Shown: positions 1-8,567 of the stretch, one piece after another
Position numbering within the stretch: position 1 is the first letter of the stretch
How the letters are laid out: the number at the start of each line of letters is the position of its first letter
From: a virus
Taxonomy: Duplodnaviria; Caudoviricetes
Length of the DNA stretch: 38,382 nt
Virus record (IMG/VR): IMGVR_UViG_3300043414_000151
Coordinates: 1-38,382 of that record
Reading direction: 5' to 3' (one strand)
Notes under the pieces: generated by a model
The model's database searches: none
What the model was told of the DNA's origin: nothing
The model's input: only the letters and a program-made list of their open reading frames with translations
Translations under genes and position numbers: made by a program

Positions 1-213
1 CCACCCAAGTATTCATTTAAGGCGCACTGGGAGAAGGATGGGCGCATTGGCGTGGTTGCGGCCATCGTGCGGCCAGACGGCGGCATACACCTGTTGCAGG
101 ACATCATTGACCCACCACAGCGCACAGAGCAAAACTTTTGCGAACGATGCGGCAAGCGCACAAAAGACTTGACCCACATTCACACTTGCACACCACCAAA
201 GGAAAACACATGA
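1..213 (+). CDS. 3' part of a small accessory protein with C-terminal CxxC...HTC putative Zn-binding motif (5'-truncated)
   Basis: Frame 1 is open from base 1 and reads ...QNFCERCGKRTKDLTHIHTCTPPKENT*. The TGA at 211-213 overlaps the next ATG. Confidence 0.7.
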   Translation, partial: PPKYSFKAHWEKDGRIGVVAAIVRPDGGIHLLQDIIDPPQRTEQNFCERCGKRTKDLTHIHTCTPPKENT

Positions 214-452
214 GCGATTCATACGATGACTACGAGGTCAAAATGCAACTTGCAGAATATGCATGGGAAGCACAAGAAGCAAGACGCAACTTCCGCACAG
301 AAATTTGGACAACAAAGGATGGGCGTGAAATAGCCATAAAGGATATGGATGACAGACATTTGTTCAACGCCTACCGACACAGCCAAGAAGAATTGCTGAT
401 GCGTGAAATGGTGTTGCGTTTGTTTGAAAACAGAATTAAGGAAAACACATGA
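210..452 (+). CDS. hypothetical protein (80 aa, MSDSYDDYEVK...KENT)
   Basis: The ATG at 210 has an AAGGA RBS and an ATGA overlap, so it is preferred over the upstream start at 138. Confidence 0.75.
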   Translation: MSDSYDDYEVKMQLAEYAWEAQEARRNFRTEIWTTKDGREIAIKDMDDRHLFNAYRHSQEELLMREMVLRLFENRIKENT

Positions 453-486
453 CAGGTTATCCGAACTACCTGTTTTAAAGTTCGGA
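452..486 (+). promoter_or_regulatory. predicted H-type RNA pseudoknot upstream of the 47-aa ORF
   Basis: S1: ACAGGT (452-457) pairs with ACCTGT (468-473). S2: TCCGAACT (460-467) pairs with AGTTCGGA (479-486). Loops are 2, 0 and 5 nt, and all pairs are Watson-Crick. Confidence 0.6.
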
Positions 487-505
487 ACAATTGGAGTTAA
501 AACCC

Positions 506-649
506 ATGACAAACGAAATTGAACAAGCAATTAAATTGCTATCGGAAAAAATAGATAAATCTGTGAAAAGTGAAGATGCTTTGCGTTTTACTCAAGCGGC
601 TTTGAATCTTGCCCATGTTCTTGCAACATTGAACAACATGAAAAACTAA
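506..649 (+). CDS. small helical hypothetical protein (47 aa)
   Basis: Translated by hand: MTNEIEQAIKLLSEKIDKSVKSEDALRFTQAALNLAHVLATLNNMKN. GGAG RBS at 493-496. AT-richer than its neighbours. Confidence 0.7.
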   Translation: MTNEIEQAIKLLSEKIDKSVKSEDALRFTQAALNLAHVLATLNNMKN

Positions 650-653
650 AAAC

Positions 654-673
654 AATGCCCCTTCGGGGGCATT
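654..673. terminator. GC-rich hairpin with C(UUCG)G tetraloop; possible terminator or RNA-stabilising element
   Basis: AATGCCCC-TTCG-GGGGCATT is a perfect 8-bp stem. There is no U-tract on the plus strand; the upstream A-runs give a U-tract on the minus strand. Confidence 0.55.
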
Positions 674-687
674 AAGGAGAAAAACAC

Positions 688-840
688 ATGAAAGCACGAC
701 AAGTCTTTATGGCCCTAATGGTGGGCAAGGGCTACACCCCAGAGGATTTGGCCTGGGACGGGAAGAAGTTTGCAAACACTAACATCACGACCAGATGGAA
801 TTACTTCTTGATGGGCTGGGAGATGAGGGGTGTGGCATGA
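688..840 (+). CDS. small hypothetical protein (50 aa)
   Basis: MKARQVFMALMVGKGYTPEDLAWDGKKFANTNITTRWNYFLMGWEMRGVA. AAGGAG RBS; the stop overlaps the next ATG. Confidence 0.7.
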   Translation: MKARQVFMALMVGKGYTPEDLAWDGKKFANTNITTRWNYFLMGWEMRGVA

Positions 841-1019
841 GCGAACTGACGGAGGCCAGCTTGGAGGCCATGCTCATAAAAATCCGCAAACACATGGACG
901 AGACTGGCGACAGGGTCAGCTTGATCCCAAAGTATTTTATTGTCCGACCAGCAGATCTGGAGGCGCTCGGACTCACTGTGGATGAGGTTACAAAAATGAT
1001 CAAGGAGAAGAGCGCATGA
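837..1019 (+). CDS. 60-aa protein resembling an internal segment of the major capsid protein
   Basis: ATG at 837 (ATGA overlap, GAGG upstream). Residues 4-38 align without gaps to MCP residues 167-201, with 15/35 identities. Confidence 0.7.
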   Translation: MSELTEASLEAMLIKIRKHMDETGDRVSLIPKYFIVRPADLEALGLTVDEVTKMIKEKSA

Positions 1020-1183
1020 GTATTGAGGTAATGAGGCAAGCGAGAAATGCGTTTGTATGGAATCTAAACACAGACTTGGACAACATACCCGCTTGCGATC
1101 AATGGGCAAAAATGTTGCGAAAGAACATTGACGATTTAGATAAAGCCATAAAAGAAGCAGAACAAAAGGAGAAAAGCGCATGA
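1016..1183 (+). CDS. small hypothetical protein (55 aa)
   Basis: MSIEVMRQARNAFVWNLNTDLDNIPACDQWAKMLRKNIDDLDKAIKEAEQKEKSA. AAGGAG RBS and ATGA overlaps at both ends. Confidence 0.7.
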   Translation: MSIEVMRQARNAFVWNLNTDLDNIPACDQWAKMLRKNIDDLDKAIKEAEQKEKSA

Positions 1184-1353
1184 GCGAAAAGATTTGGAGC
1201 GTAAACTACATCAGGGAAAACCCTGAATTGGCCGCAAAAGCAATAGAGACCCTGCAAACAGCCATGGAAGACATGGAAGACCAGCTTCACAAGATGAGGA
1301 TAGGACTGGATGTAATCAGGGGGTATCTGGCAGAAGAAAAAAAAGAGATGTAA
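1180..1353 (+). CDS. small coiled-coil hypothetical protein (57 aa)
   Basis: MSEKIWSVNYIRENPELAAKAIETLQTAMEDMEDQLHKMRIGLDVIRGYLAEEKKEM. AAGGAG RBS and ATGA overlap. Confidence 0.7.
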   Translation: MSEKIWSVNYIRENPELAAKAIETLQTAMEDMEDQLHKMRIGLDVIRGYLAEEKKEM

Positions 1354-1381
1354 ACTCTGGGTTAAAGGAGCCGTGTAACTT

Positions 1382-1873
1382 ATGGCCGAAAAAACCGCAA
1401 AGAAGATTGGAAGACCATCCAAGTACACCCCTGAGCTTGCCGCAGAGATGTGTGAAAGGCTCAGTAACGGAGAGCCACTCAGGCAAATCTGTAGGGATGA
1501 TCACATGCCAGCTTGGCAGAAGATCTATGAGTGGATGGGAAGAGACGAGACTTTATCGGGAGCCATCGCACACGCCCGAGAGGTCGGCCAGGACGCCATT
1601 GCAGAGGAGATTTACCTCGAAGCCGTGGCCCAGCCAGAGCGCATCCTGTCCCAGAACGGTGACCGAATCGACCCTGGCTATGTGGCCCTGGTCAAGGCCC
1701 GTGCGGAGATTAAGCTCAAGCTCCTGGCGAAATGGAACCCCAAGCGCTACGGTGACCGAGTCCAAGTGGCTGGTGACCCGAACGCCCCCCTGAAGACTGA
1801 GATCAGTTTTGATACCTTTGCAACGGTAATCGAGACCCTTGAAGCTCGTCGCCAGGACAAGGCCAATGGATGA
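1382..1873 (+). CDS. terS: terminase small subunit (Sf6/P22-like)
   Basis: N-terminal GRPSKYTPELAAEMCERLSNGEPLRQIC HTH region and C-terminal LAKWNPKRYGD. AAGGAG RBS; lies directly upstream of TerL. Confidence 0.9.
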   Translation: MAEKTAKKIGRPSKYTPELAAEMCERLSNGEPLRQICRDDHMPAWQKIYEWMGRDETLSGAIAHAREVGQDAIAEEIYLEAVAQPERILSQNGDRIDPGYVALVKARAEIKLKLLAKWNPKRYGDRVQVAGDPNAPLKTEISFDTFATVIETLEARRQDKANG

Positions 1874-3287
1874 CCTCGTCGAACTGCTGAAAGACCCAGA
1901 TGTCCACAAGCAATACGCCCTGCTACCTCCTGAACTCAGGGCGTCATTCGACTGGAGATGCAACTGGCTTGCCAAAGCCCACGACCACCAGATCATGCCC
2001 CCAGGAGACTGGTGGTCGATCTACCTGTGTCTTGCTGGGCGCGGGGCTGGGAAGACCAGAATGGCCGCAGAGCAGGTCGGATGGTGGGCCTGGAGCCAAC
2101 CCAACACCCGCTGGCTGGTAGCGGCTCCCACCTCGGCTGATGTCCGGGGAACATGCTTTGAGGGCGATAGCGGCCTGATAGCAGTCATCCCGCCTGTACT
2201 GGTGGACGACTACAACAAGACCGCCCACGAGCTTCGACTGACCAACGGCTCCCTGATCAAGGGTATACCCGCATCCGAGCCAGAGCGCTTCCGGGGGCCG
2301 CAGTTCCACGGGGCATGGTGCGATGAGTTGGCCGCTTGGGACTATTTGCAGGCGGCATGGGATCAGATCCAGTTCGGCGTCCGCCTGGGTAAGCAGACCA
2401 AGATCATCTGCACTACCACCCCCCGACCCAAGGACTTGATCGTCGAGTTGATCGGCAGGGAGGGCGATGATGTGGCCGTTCGGACAGCGAGTACCTACTC
2501 CAACTTGGACAACTTGTCGGCCAACTTCAAGAAGCAGATCCTGTCTTACGAGGGCACAACGCTGGGCAGACAAGAGATCTACGCTGAGATCATTGACCCC
2601 GAGGAGTCAGGCATCGTCAAGCGGGAGATGTTCCAGCTTTGGCCTGCGGACAAGGAGTTCCCCAAGTTCGAGTACATCCTGCAAAGCTACGACTGCGCCT
2701 ACACCGAGAAGACGGTCAACGACCCGACTGCGGCCATCACCTTCGGGTGCTTCAAGCCACTGGATGGCCCAATGTCTGTCATGGTGATCGACTGCTGGCA
2801 GGATCGCTTACAGTATCCTGACTTGAGGCCAAAGGTGATCGAGGAGTACGACATCGTCTTTGGTGACGGGGTCGAGAAGAAGCGGGTGGACTTGATCTTG
2901 GTGGAGGACAAGGCCGCAGGCATCAGTCTTATACAAGACTTGCAACGAGCACACCTGCCTGTCCGGGCATACAACCCCGGCAGGGCCGACAAGATCCAGC
3001 GGTTAAGCATTGTGTCCAACATCATCGCCAGGAAGCGTGTATGGATTCCTGAGAGCACCGTGAAGAAGGGCTATGTCAGGGACTGGGCCGAGCCATTCGT
3101 CAGCCAGATCTGCGCCTTCCCCGAGACCACACACGATGACTTTGTGGACGCCTGCACACAAGCCCTGCGGTATCTTAGGGACTCCAGATGGCTGGACATC
3201 GATGGCCCACCGCCCGAGGATTACGACGAGGAAGACTATGTTGACAGTGGACGAGGAAAACAAAAGGGGAACCCGTATGCCGCCTGA
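1866..3287 (+). CDS. terL: terminase large subunit
   Basis: Walker A GRGAGKT, Walker B WCDE, TTTP coupling motif, and RNase H-like nuclease acidic residues (SYDCA, VEDKA, HDDFVD). The ATG at 1866 is preferred over TTG at 1839. Confidence 0.95.
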   Translation: MDDLVELLKDPDVHKQYALLPPELRASFDWRCNWLAKAHDHQIMPPGDWWSIYLCLAGRGAGKTRMAAEQVGWWAWSQPNTRWLVAAPTSADVRGTCFEGDSGLIAVIPPVLVDDYNKTAHELRLTNGSLIKGIPASEPERFRGPQFHGAWCDELAAWDYLQAAWDQIQFGVRLGKQTKIICTTTPRPKDLIVELIGREGDDVAVRTASTYSNLDNLSANFKKQILSYEGTTLGRQEIYAEIIDPEESGIVKREMFQLWPADKEFPKFEYILQSYDCAYTEKTVNDPTAAITFGCFKPLDGPMSVMVIDCWQDRLQYPDLRPKVIEEYDIVFGDGVEKKRVDLILVEDKAAGISLIQDLQRAHLPVRAYNPGRADKIQRLSIVSNIIARKRVWIPESTVKKGYVRDWAEPFVSQICAFPETTHDDFVDACTQALRYLRDSRWLDIDGPPPEDYDEEDYVDSGRGKQKGNPYAA

Positions 3288-3492
3288 AACAGAATGGAGA
3301 CCAGTGTTGGTCACTTCCACCACTTGCAGGAACCGCTTTGAGATCATCTGCGACCCAGAGATGGAGTCCAAGCAAATGGAGCAATGGGCGCACATAGCCT
3401 TGGCTGATTGGCTTCATGGGCGGCGTCAGTTCCCCAAGCCTGAAGTGGTGGACTTGACAGACCCCCTCGGGTATCATCGGTCATCTACCTGA
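3277..3492 (+). CDS. hypothetical protein (71 aa, MPPETEWRPV...)
   Basis: The ATG at 3277 overlaps the end of terL, with a purine-rich RBS-like run upstream. The ORF fills the gap to the next gene. Confidence 0.45.
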   Translation: MPPETEWRPVLVTSTTCRNRFEIICDPEMESKQMEQWAHIALADWLHGRRQFPKPEVVDLTDPLGYHRSST

Positions 3493-3504
3493 ACCGAGGT
3501 CACG

Positions 3505-6500
3505 ATGCCCAACCCTCGCGCTAATCGACCCCTGACGCTCGACCAAGTCACTGCTGACTTGAAGAGCTTTGCCCAACCCGCCCAAGCCCTGTTTGACATG
3601 ATGGCTGGGGGACTCCGAGGGTCAGCCGTTGGAACCTTCGGTGCGCCTGGGGACATCGAGACCCTTGGCCGCATGGGATTGAACGCCGCTGGTGGCTCAT
3701 TCAACCCGGCCATGCCCAGCAGATCTGGCAAGCCATTCCAGCCAGTATCTGAAGAGCCATACTTTCCCAGCAGTGAGGAGCTTGCCAAGCGCTTTGCCCC
3801 AACCATCCCCAATGGCGATGCAGTGCGCCAGAAGTCCGCAGAGCCTTTTGAGGAGATCGGGCAGTTCGCCCCCCTTCCCATGTCTGGCAAAGCCCTGAAG
3901 GTGCTCCCCTATGCGCTTGGCCGTGGCACTGGTGAAGTGACCAAGGAAGCGGCGCGTATGGTCAATGACGCCATGATCCACCAGACTGGCCCACTGTCCC
4001 AAGGCCCACTGTCCATGCTGGCCCCCAAGGGCGCTGTGTCCCATGTGTTCGAGCCAAATCCAAACTGGAAAACCAACACGGTAAATTTTGGCAAGCCAAC
4101 TCCCGGCATCATGATCCCAAGCAAGATGAGCAATGTCAGGGAGGCCGTTCGAGACCTCAAAGGCAACTACGGCGCAAGGCGTGTTGAAAGGGCGGCTGAC
4201 GAGATACCAAACCTTGAGCGCATGTTCAAAGAGGACGCGCTCAAAGAGGCGTTTACTGGCGACAACGCCAGCGCAATGATCACTCTCAGCCCCGCCGAGT
4301 TTGAGCGATACGCCCTTGAACTCAAGGGCCGCACTAAGCGTGACATTGGCCCCAAGATGGCTGAACTGGCAAGGCAGGGTGACATCGACAAGTACACCGT
4401 GCCAATGGATGAGTACATCAAACATCTGCAACGAGTGCAAGGCGGCTTCAGTGATGTGCCGTACCTAAACCTTTTCAAGGATGAGGTTGGCCTCCCAACG
4501 ATGCCCAAAGTGACTGGACATGAAGGCCGTCACAGAAGCCGAGCGCTTGTCGAGCAAGGAGCGCCAACAAGCTTTGTGCAAATCAACCCTCGTAGCGATT
4601 TGCGTGAGGGTCTGCCGCGCAGAACGCAGGAAGAGTTTATTGAGGCTCTGAAAGAAGAGCTTGAGCGTTCTAACCGATTGGTTTTGCCAGAGTCGGATGG
4701 GCCTTACCAGCGGCCTGCAATTGAACTCCCCGAGCCATACGCAGAAGGTGGATCAATCCACATCTCAGACAACCCAGACACCATGATGATGGAGGTGGGG
4801 GACAAGCATATGAAGGACGGCGGGTCAGAGGATGACACTAAGCCGTTCATTGGCTACCCCAACCTTGCCAAGCAAGCCCGGTATGCAAGAGCCGTTGCGC
4901 CAGAGCGTGGCGATGTGAACTTGCTGAAAGACCCTCAGACCTACGCCTTTGCCATGGGGATGCTTGGCGAAGCGCCTGACGAGCTTGGCTTCACGGTGCT
5001 GGACTCTGACGAGCAGAAGCAGAAGATCAAGGCGGCTGGCGAGAAGGGCTTTGTGGCTGGCGCGGCAACTCAGATGGGGCCACTGGCTCAGTTGGGGAAG
5101 AAGGCTGGCAAGAAGATCTTGAGCCTTGCTGGTGAGGGCATCAATGAGCGGATGCTGTCAGGGCGGTCACTGACCCCGTTTGTGGATACCCCAGCGCCAG
5201 TGATGTTCGCTGTGCCGCCAGAAAAAGAACTGACCCTGCCATCCAAGTTGCCAAGGGCCAAGCCCAGAAGCAAGGAAGAGTTGCGTCCATTAGCCCAGGA
5301 AATGGCGGAGGTTACTCAAGGCGGCTTCTACAAGCCAGATCCATCCAAGTCAGTCAACCCTGCTGGAAAGTCCTTTGATCAGTGGAAGACTGAGCAGGGG
5401 CTGGTTCACGACATCCGCCCCACTGCCAAGCATCAAGCCATTCCCCGCGCTGACATTGAAAAGCAAAAAGGCATGGTCAAGATGGGCATATCTGGCGACA
5501 CAACCGTTGCAGAGCAGGTTTTGCATGAAGCTGGCCCCTATGCCCTGGACATCCCATCTCCCCAGCATGGTGGGGCTTTGTACGGCCTTGGCGGTGAGGG
5601 AGCCTGGGCGTCCAACAATCCTATTGCCGCCAATGTGCAAAAGCGGGTCAATGAGATCTCGCAGGCTTATGATGACGCCCCTGTGTTGGGCCAATATATG
5701 CAGATGGGCAAGCTTGGCAGTGACTTTGCCTTGCACTTTGCTGACGCCAACCTGAGGGCCATCAATCTTAAGAAGATGTCAAAAGACCAGATCGAGATGG
5801 TCAACGAGTTGATCCGTAAGGGTAGCCCGAAGTCTGGCCCTCGTGACAGCTTCCCAGGCATTCAAGACAAAGACTCTGCCTATCTGCACTTTGCTGTTGA
5901 CCCTGAGTTGCGAAAGCACTTCAACGCCATCATGCAAAAGCCCACCTACACCGAGCCGCTTGGCTTGCCTGATGGGCGCATCATTCACCATTCGATTACC
6001 GAGCCTGCGTTGCGTGACTTGCCAGTGACCACCACGGGCTTTTCCCAGATGGAGTTGCATCCAGGCTACGACCCCGAGAAGCTATTGCTCTCCGAGCACC
6101 CTACATACTCGCATGTGATCCCACATAAGCCAAACACGGGTTTGACTCGCACCCAATATCACACGCCTGCACAGGTGGAGTTCCCTGATGTGCATGAGTA
6201 TCTGACCAAGTCCGGGCCGAGGATATACAACACGCAAGACATGACCCGCATGTATCAGACTTCCACGCCCCGCCAGATCATTGACCAACAGCACATCGAT
6301 GAGATCAAGATGTTTGAGGACTTGATGAAGGAGTACGGCGGCAAGAAGAAGGGTGGCGCAATCAAAGCCAAGAAGGACGGCCAGAAGTTCAAGCCCGGCA
6401 AGAAGCCAGACCAGATCTTGAAGCACGGCCAAGCCATGCCTCGTGGCAAAGACCCCGAGGCAGACATCAGCCAGATGATGCCCATGATGGCTGGTGGTGG

Positions 6501-6546
6501 ATCAATCAACGCTGATGACCTGATCCTTGAGGAGCGCCCACTGTGA
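3505..6546 (+). CDS. large multi-module protein (1013 aa) with a ParB/Srx-like motif; possibly virion-internal or polyvalent
   Basis: Long ORF with a GAGG RBS. VTGHEGRHRSRAL resembles the ParB/sulfiredoxin GxxR motif. Modules are bounded by YAEGG, MKDGG, KKKGG and MAGGG. Confidence 0.6.
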   Translation: MPNPRANRPLTLDQVTADLKSFAQPAQALFDMMAGGLRGSAVGTFGAPGDIETLGRMGLNAAGGSFNPAMPSRSGKPFQPVSEEPYFPSSEELAKRFAPTIPNGDAVRQKSAEPFEEIGQFAPLPMSGKALKVLPYALGRGTGEVTKEAARMVNDAMIHQTGPLSQGPLSMLAPKGAVSHVFEPNPNWKTNTVNFGKPTPGIMIPSKMSNVREAVRDLKGNYGARRVERAADEIPNLERMFKEDALKEAFTGDNASAMITLSPAEFERYALELKGRTKRDIGPKMAELARQGDIDKYTVPMDEYIKHLQRVQGGFSDVPYLNLFKDEVGLPTMPKVTGHEGRHRSRALVEQGAPTSFVQINPRSDLREGLPRRTQEEFIEALKEELERSNRLVLPESDGPYQRPAIELPEPYAEGGSIHISDNPDTMMMEVGDKHMKDGGSEDDTKPFIGYPNLAKQARYARAVAPERGDVNLLKDPQTYAFAMGMLGEAPDELGFTVLDSDEQKQKIKAAGEKGFVAGAATQMGPLAQLGKKAGKKILSLAGEGINERMLSGRSLTPFVDTPAPVMFAVPPEKELTLPSKLPRAKPRSKEELRPLAQEMAEVTQGGFYKPDPSKSVNPAGKSFDQWKTEQGLVHDIRPTAKHQAIPRADIEKQKGMVKMGISGDTTVAEQVLHEAGPYALDIPSPQHGGALYGLGGEGAWASNNPIAANVQKRVNEISQAYDDAPVLGQYMQMGKLGSDFALHFADANLRAINLKKMSKDQIEMVNELIRKGSPKSGPRDSFPGIQDKDSAYLHFAVDPELRKHFNAIMQKPTYTEPLGLPDGRIIHHSITEPALRDLPVTTTGFSQMELHPGYDPEKLLLSEHPTYSHVIPHKPNTGLTRTQYHTPAQVEFPDVHEYLTKSGPRIYNTQDMTRMYQTSTPRQIIDQQHIDEIKMFEDLMKEYGGKKKGGAIKAKKDGQKFKPGKKPDQILKHGQAMPRGKDPEADISQMMPMMAGGGSINADDLILEERPL

Positions 6547-8564
6547 GCATCGAGTCAGGACTGATCAAGGTATTTACTAAGGGAGCCAAGGGGGCCAAGG
6601 CCGCACCCAAAGCCCCGCCCTTCTACTCGGCTGTGGATAACGCTGTGGATATGTTGCCCAACAAGGCAACGCCAGAGCAAATGATCAAAGAGTTGCTCAA
6701 GCAAAAGGAAGTCAAGGCGCAGGAGTTGATTGACCGTGGCATCGACAAGAAGCTCGGAGTGCCTATCGTCCAGAAGGAGCGCACTGTCAAGCTCAAGAAG
6801 CCTGACGCCAAAGGCAACACCGAGAAGGTTGAGAAGTATTTTGAAGTCACCCCAGGCGAGAAGGGGGCGAAGGCCATCACCAAGGACGAGGTGATCAACA
6901 CTGTCGAGCAGAACCCGCCCAAGCAGATCACTGAGGAAACTCCCGGCGGCATCAGCAAAAGCATGATCGACGACAAGATCTACGACTTGATTGAGGCGGA
7001 AACCAGAAAAGAGCTTGGCCCCCGGCCAAAGCTTGGGTACGAGCGTGAAGACTGGCTGGAAGACTTTGATCGGCTGATCGAGGAGAAGTCTTTACGCAAG
7101 GACGACTACTACCAAGAGGCCAAAGAAACCCTCATGGAAGAGGGGAATGTCGGTGATGCCGCCTATGACCGCCCAGACCTAAAACTTCCCGGCGGCGAGA
7201 ACTACCGCGAAATCCTGCTCAAGCTACCAACTTTTGACCCCAACAAAGAGAAGCAGTTGATGGAGTTGGAGGCCAACCTACGGCGCATGAACCCTGTGAA
7301 CTTTCCTCCGGGGTACTTGGACTCTATGAAGGACGGGGTTGTCAAGCTGAAGGCAGAGAAGGAGTCGTTTGGCAAAGAGTACAAGTCAAGCCATTGGACT
7401 CAGCCCAATGTGTTGGCCCATATGCGCGTCCAAGACCGTGTCGGCCCCAATGGCGAGAAGGTTCTCCATGTGGAGGAGATCCAGTCCGATTGGCATCAGG
7501 CTGGGCGTCAGAAGGGATACAAAGGCAGTCCATCAGAAAAAGCAATCAACGCTGGCATTGAGCAAGCCAAAAAACTAGGGTATGGGCAACAGCAAATTGA
7601 TGGCATGAGTCCAGAGCAACTTGCTCACTTCACTGCGCTTGGAAGCAATTCCGTGCCCGATGCCCCATTCAAAAAGAACTGGCACGAACTGGCGATGAAG
7701 CGCCTGATCAACTACGCCTCAGAGAATGGCTACGACAAGATCGCCATCACTCCCGGCGCAGAGCAAGCCAAGCGGTATGACTTGAGCAAGCAGATTAGCG
7801 GCATAAGCTGGAACAAACGAAGTGATGGCTTGTACAACATTGAGGCCGATACCTTGCGCGGTGAACCGATTGTCAAAAAAAATCTGACTGAGCAAGAGCT
7901 AGAAGACACGGTTGGAAAAGAAGTTGCATCAAAGATTGTTGGTGGAGTTGGTCAGCTTGAAAAAGATCCTCTGTTTGATTCTGGAAAATTAACTCGCGGC
8001 AGGCTTGAAAACCTTGATCTCAAAGTCGGCGGCGAAGGCATGAAGGGCTTCTACGACCAGATGCTCCCTGCCTACCTGAACAAGTACGGCGAGAAGCACG
8101 GGGCAAAGGTTTCCCCAATAGAGGTTACCCGTCCCCCAAGGGATTCAACCCTTGCGTTTGGGTATCCCGGCGGGGAAGACTATGTGGCTGGAAAAATCAC
8201 ATGGAATGAATTTCTCCAGCAAAGTCCCCATGCGGCAAAAGAGTTCAGCACACAGCTACACGGCTTCGACATCACCCCATCAATGCGTGAAGAGGTCTTG
8301 ACCAAAGGCCAGCCCCTGTACCAACAGGTTGGCATCCCAGCCGCAACAGGGGCCGCAGGCGCAGAGATGCTTGGCGCAGAGATGCCCGAGGAGCCTGGGT
8401 TTGCAGAGGGTGGTGCTGTCAACGAGAATACAGTGCCCGACATGAGTGACGGCGGAAACATCCTGCAAGGCCCACCATTCAAAAGAGGCGGCAAGGTCAG
8501 CATCAGCAACAACCCGGACGCAATGTTCTTGGAATTGAACGACAAAAAGTTCAGAAGGAAATAA
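6543..8564 (+). CDS. large polyvalent-protein-type domain protein (673 aa)
   Basis: GTGA overlap. Motifs LPGGENYREILL, SHW..PNVLAHMR..DR, VLHVEEIQSDWHQ, DAPFKKNW, GGEGMKGFYD resemble those of large phage ejection/polyvalent proteins. C-terminal FAEGG and FKRGG. Confidence 0.6.
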   Translation: MSIESGLIKVFTKGAKGAKAAPKAPPFYSAVDNAVDMLPNKATPEQMIKELLKQKEVKAQELIDRGIDKKLGVPIVQKERTVKLKKPDAKGNTEKVEKYFEVTPGEKGAKAITKDEVINTVEQNPPKQITEETPGGISKSMIDDKIYDLIEAETRKELGPRPKLGYEREDWLEDFDRLIEEKSLRKDDYYQEAKETLMEEGNVGDAAYDRPDLKLPGGENYREILLKLPTFDPNKEKQLMELEANLRRMNPVNFPPGYLDSMKDGVVKLKAEKESFGKEYKSSHWTQPNVLAHMRVQDRVGPNGEKVLHVEEIQSDWHQAGRQKGYKGSPSEKAINAGIEQAKKLGYGQQQIDGMSPEQLAHFTALGSNSVPDAPFKKNWHELAMKRLINYASENGYDKIAITPGAEQAKRYDLSKQISGISWNKRSDGLYNIEADTLRGEPIVKKNLTEQELEDTVGKEVASKIVGGVGQLEKDPLFDSGKLTRGRLENLDLKVGGEGMKGFYDQMLPAYLNKYGEKHGAKVSPIEVTRPPRDSTLAFGYPGGEDYVAGKITWNEFLQQSPHAAKEFSTQLHGFDITPSMREEVLTKGQPLYQQVGIPAATGAAGAEMLGAEMPEEPGFAEGGAVNENTVPDMSDGGNILQGPPFKRGGKVSISNNPDAMFLELNDKKFRRK

Positions 8565-8567
8565 TTT

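Larger units (their letters stand above)
199..1183 (+). repeat. repeated gene-junction motif AAGGA(GAA)AA(C/G)(A/C)-type RBS plus stop/start ending in CATGA, five copies
   Basis: AAGGAAAACACATGA at 199-213 and 438-452 (identical); AAGGAGAAAAACACATGA at 674-691; AAGGAGAAGAGCGCATGA at 1002-1019; AAGGAGAAAAGCGCATGA at 1166-1183. Confidence 0.75.

Noticed and set aside
452-486. preQ1-I or SAM-II riboswitch identity for the pseudoknot
   Set aside because: It lacks the long A-rich L3 and the ligand-binding consensus, stem 2 does not sequester the RBS, and the downstream gene is not metabolic.
3454-3477. TTGACA ... TATCAT promoter-like pair upstream of 3505
   Set aside because: The spacer is only 12 nt, incompatible with sigma70 geometry, though a promoter using this -10 alone is not excluded.
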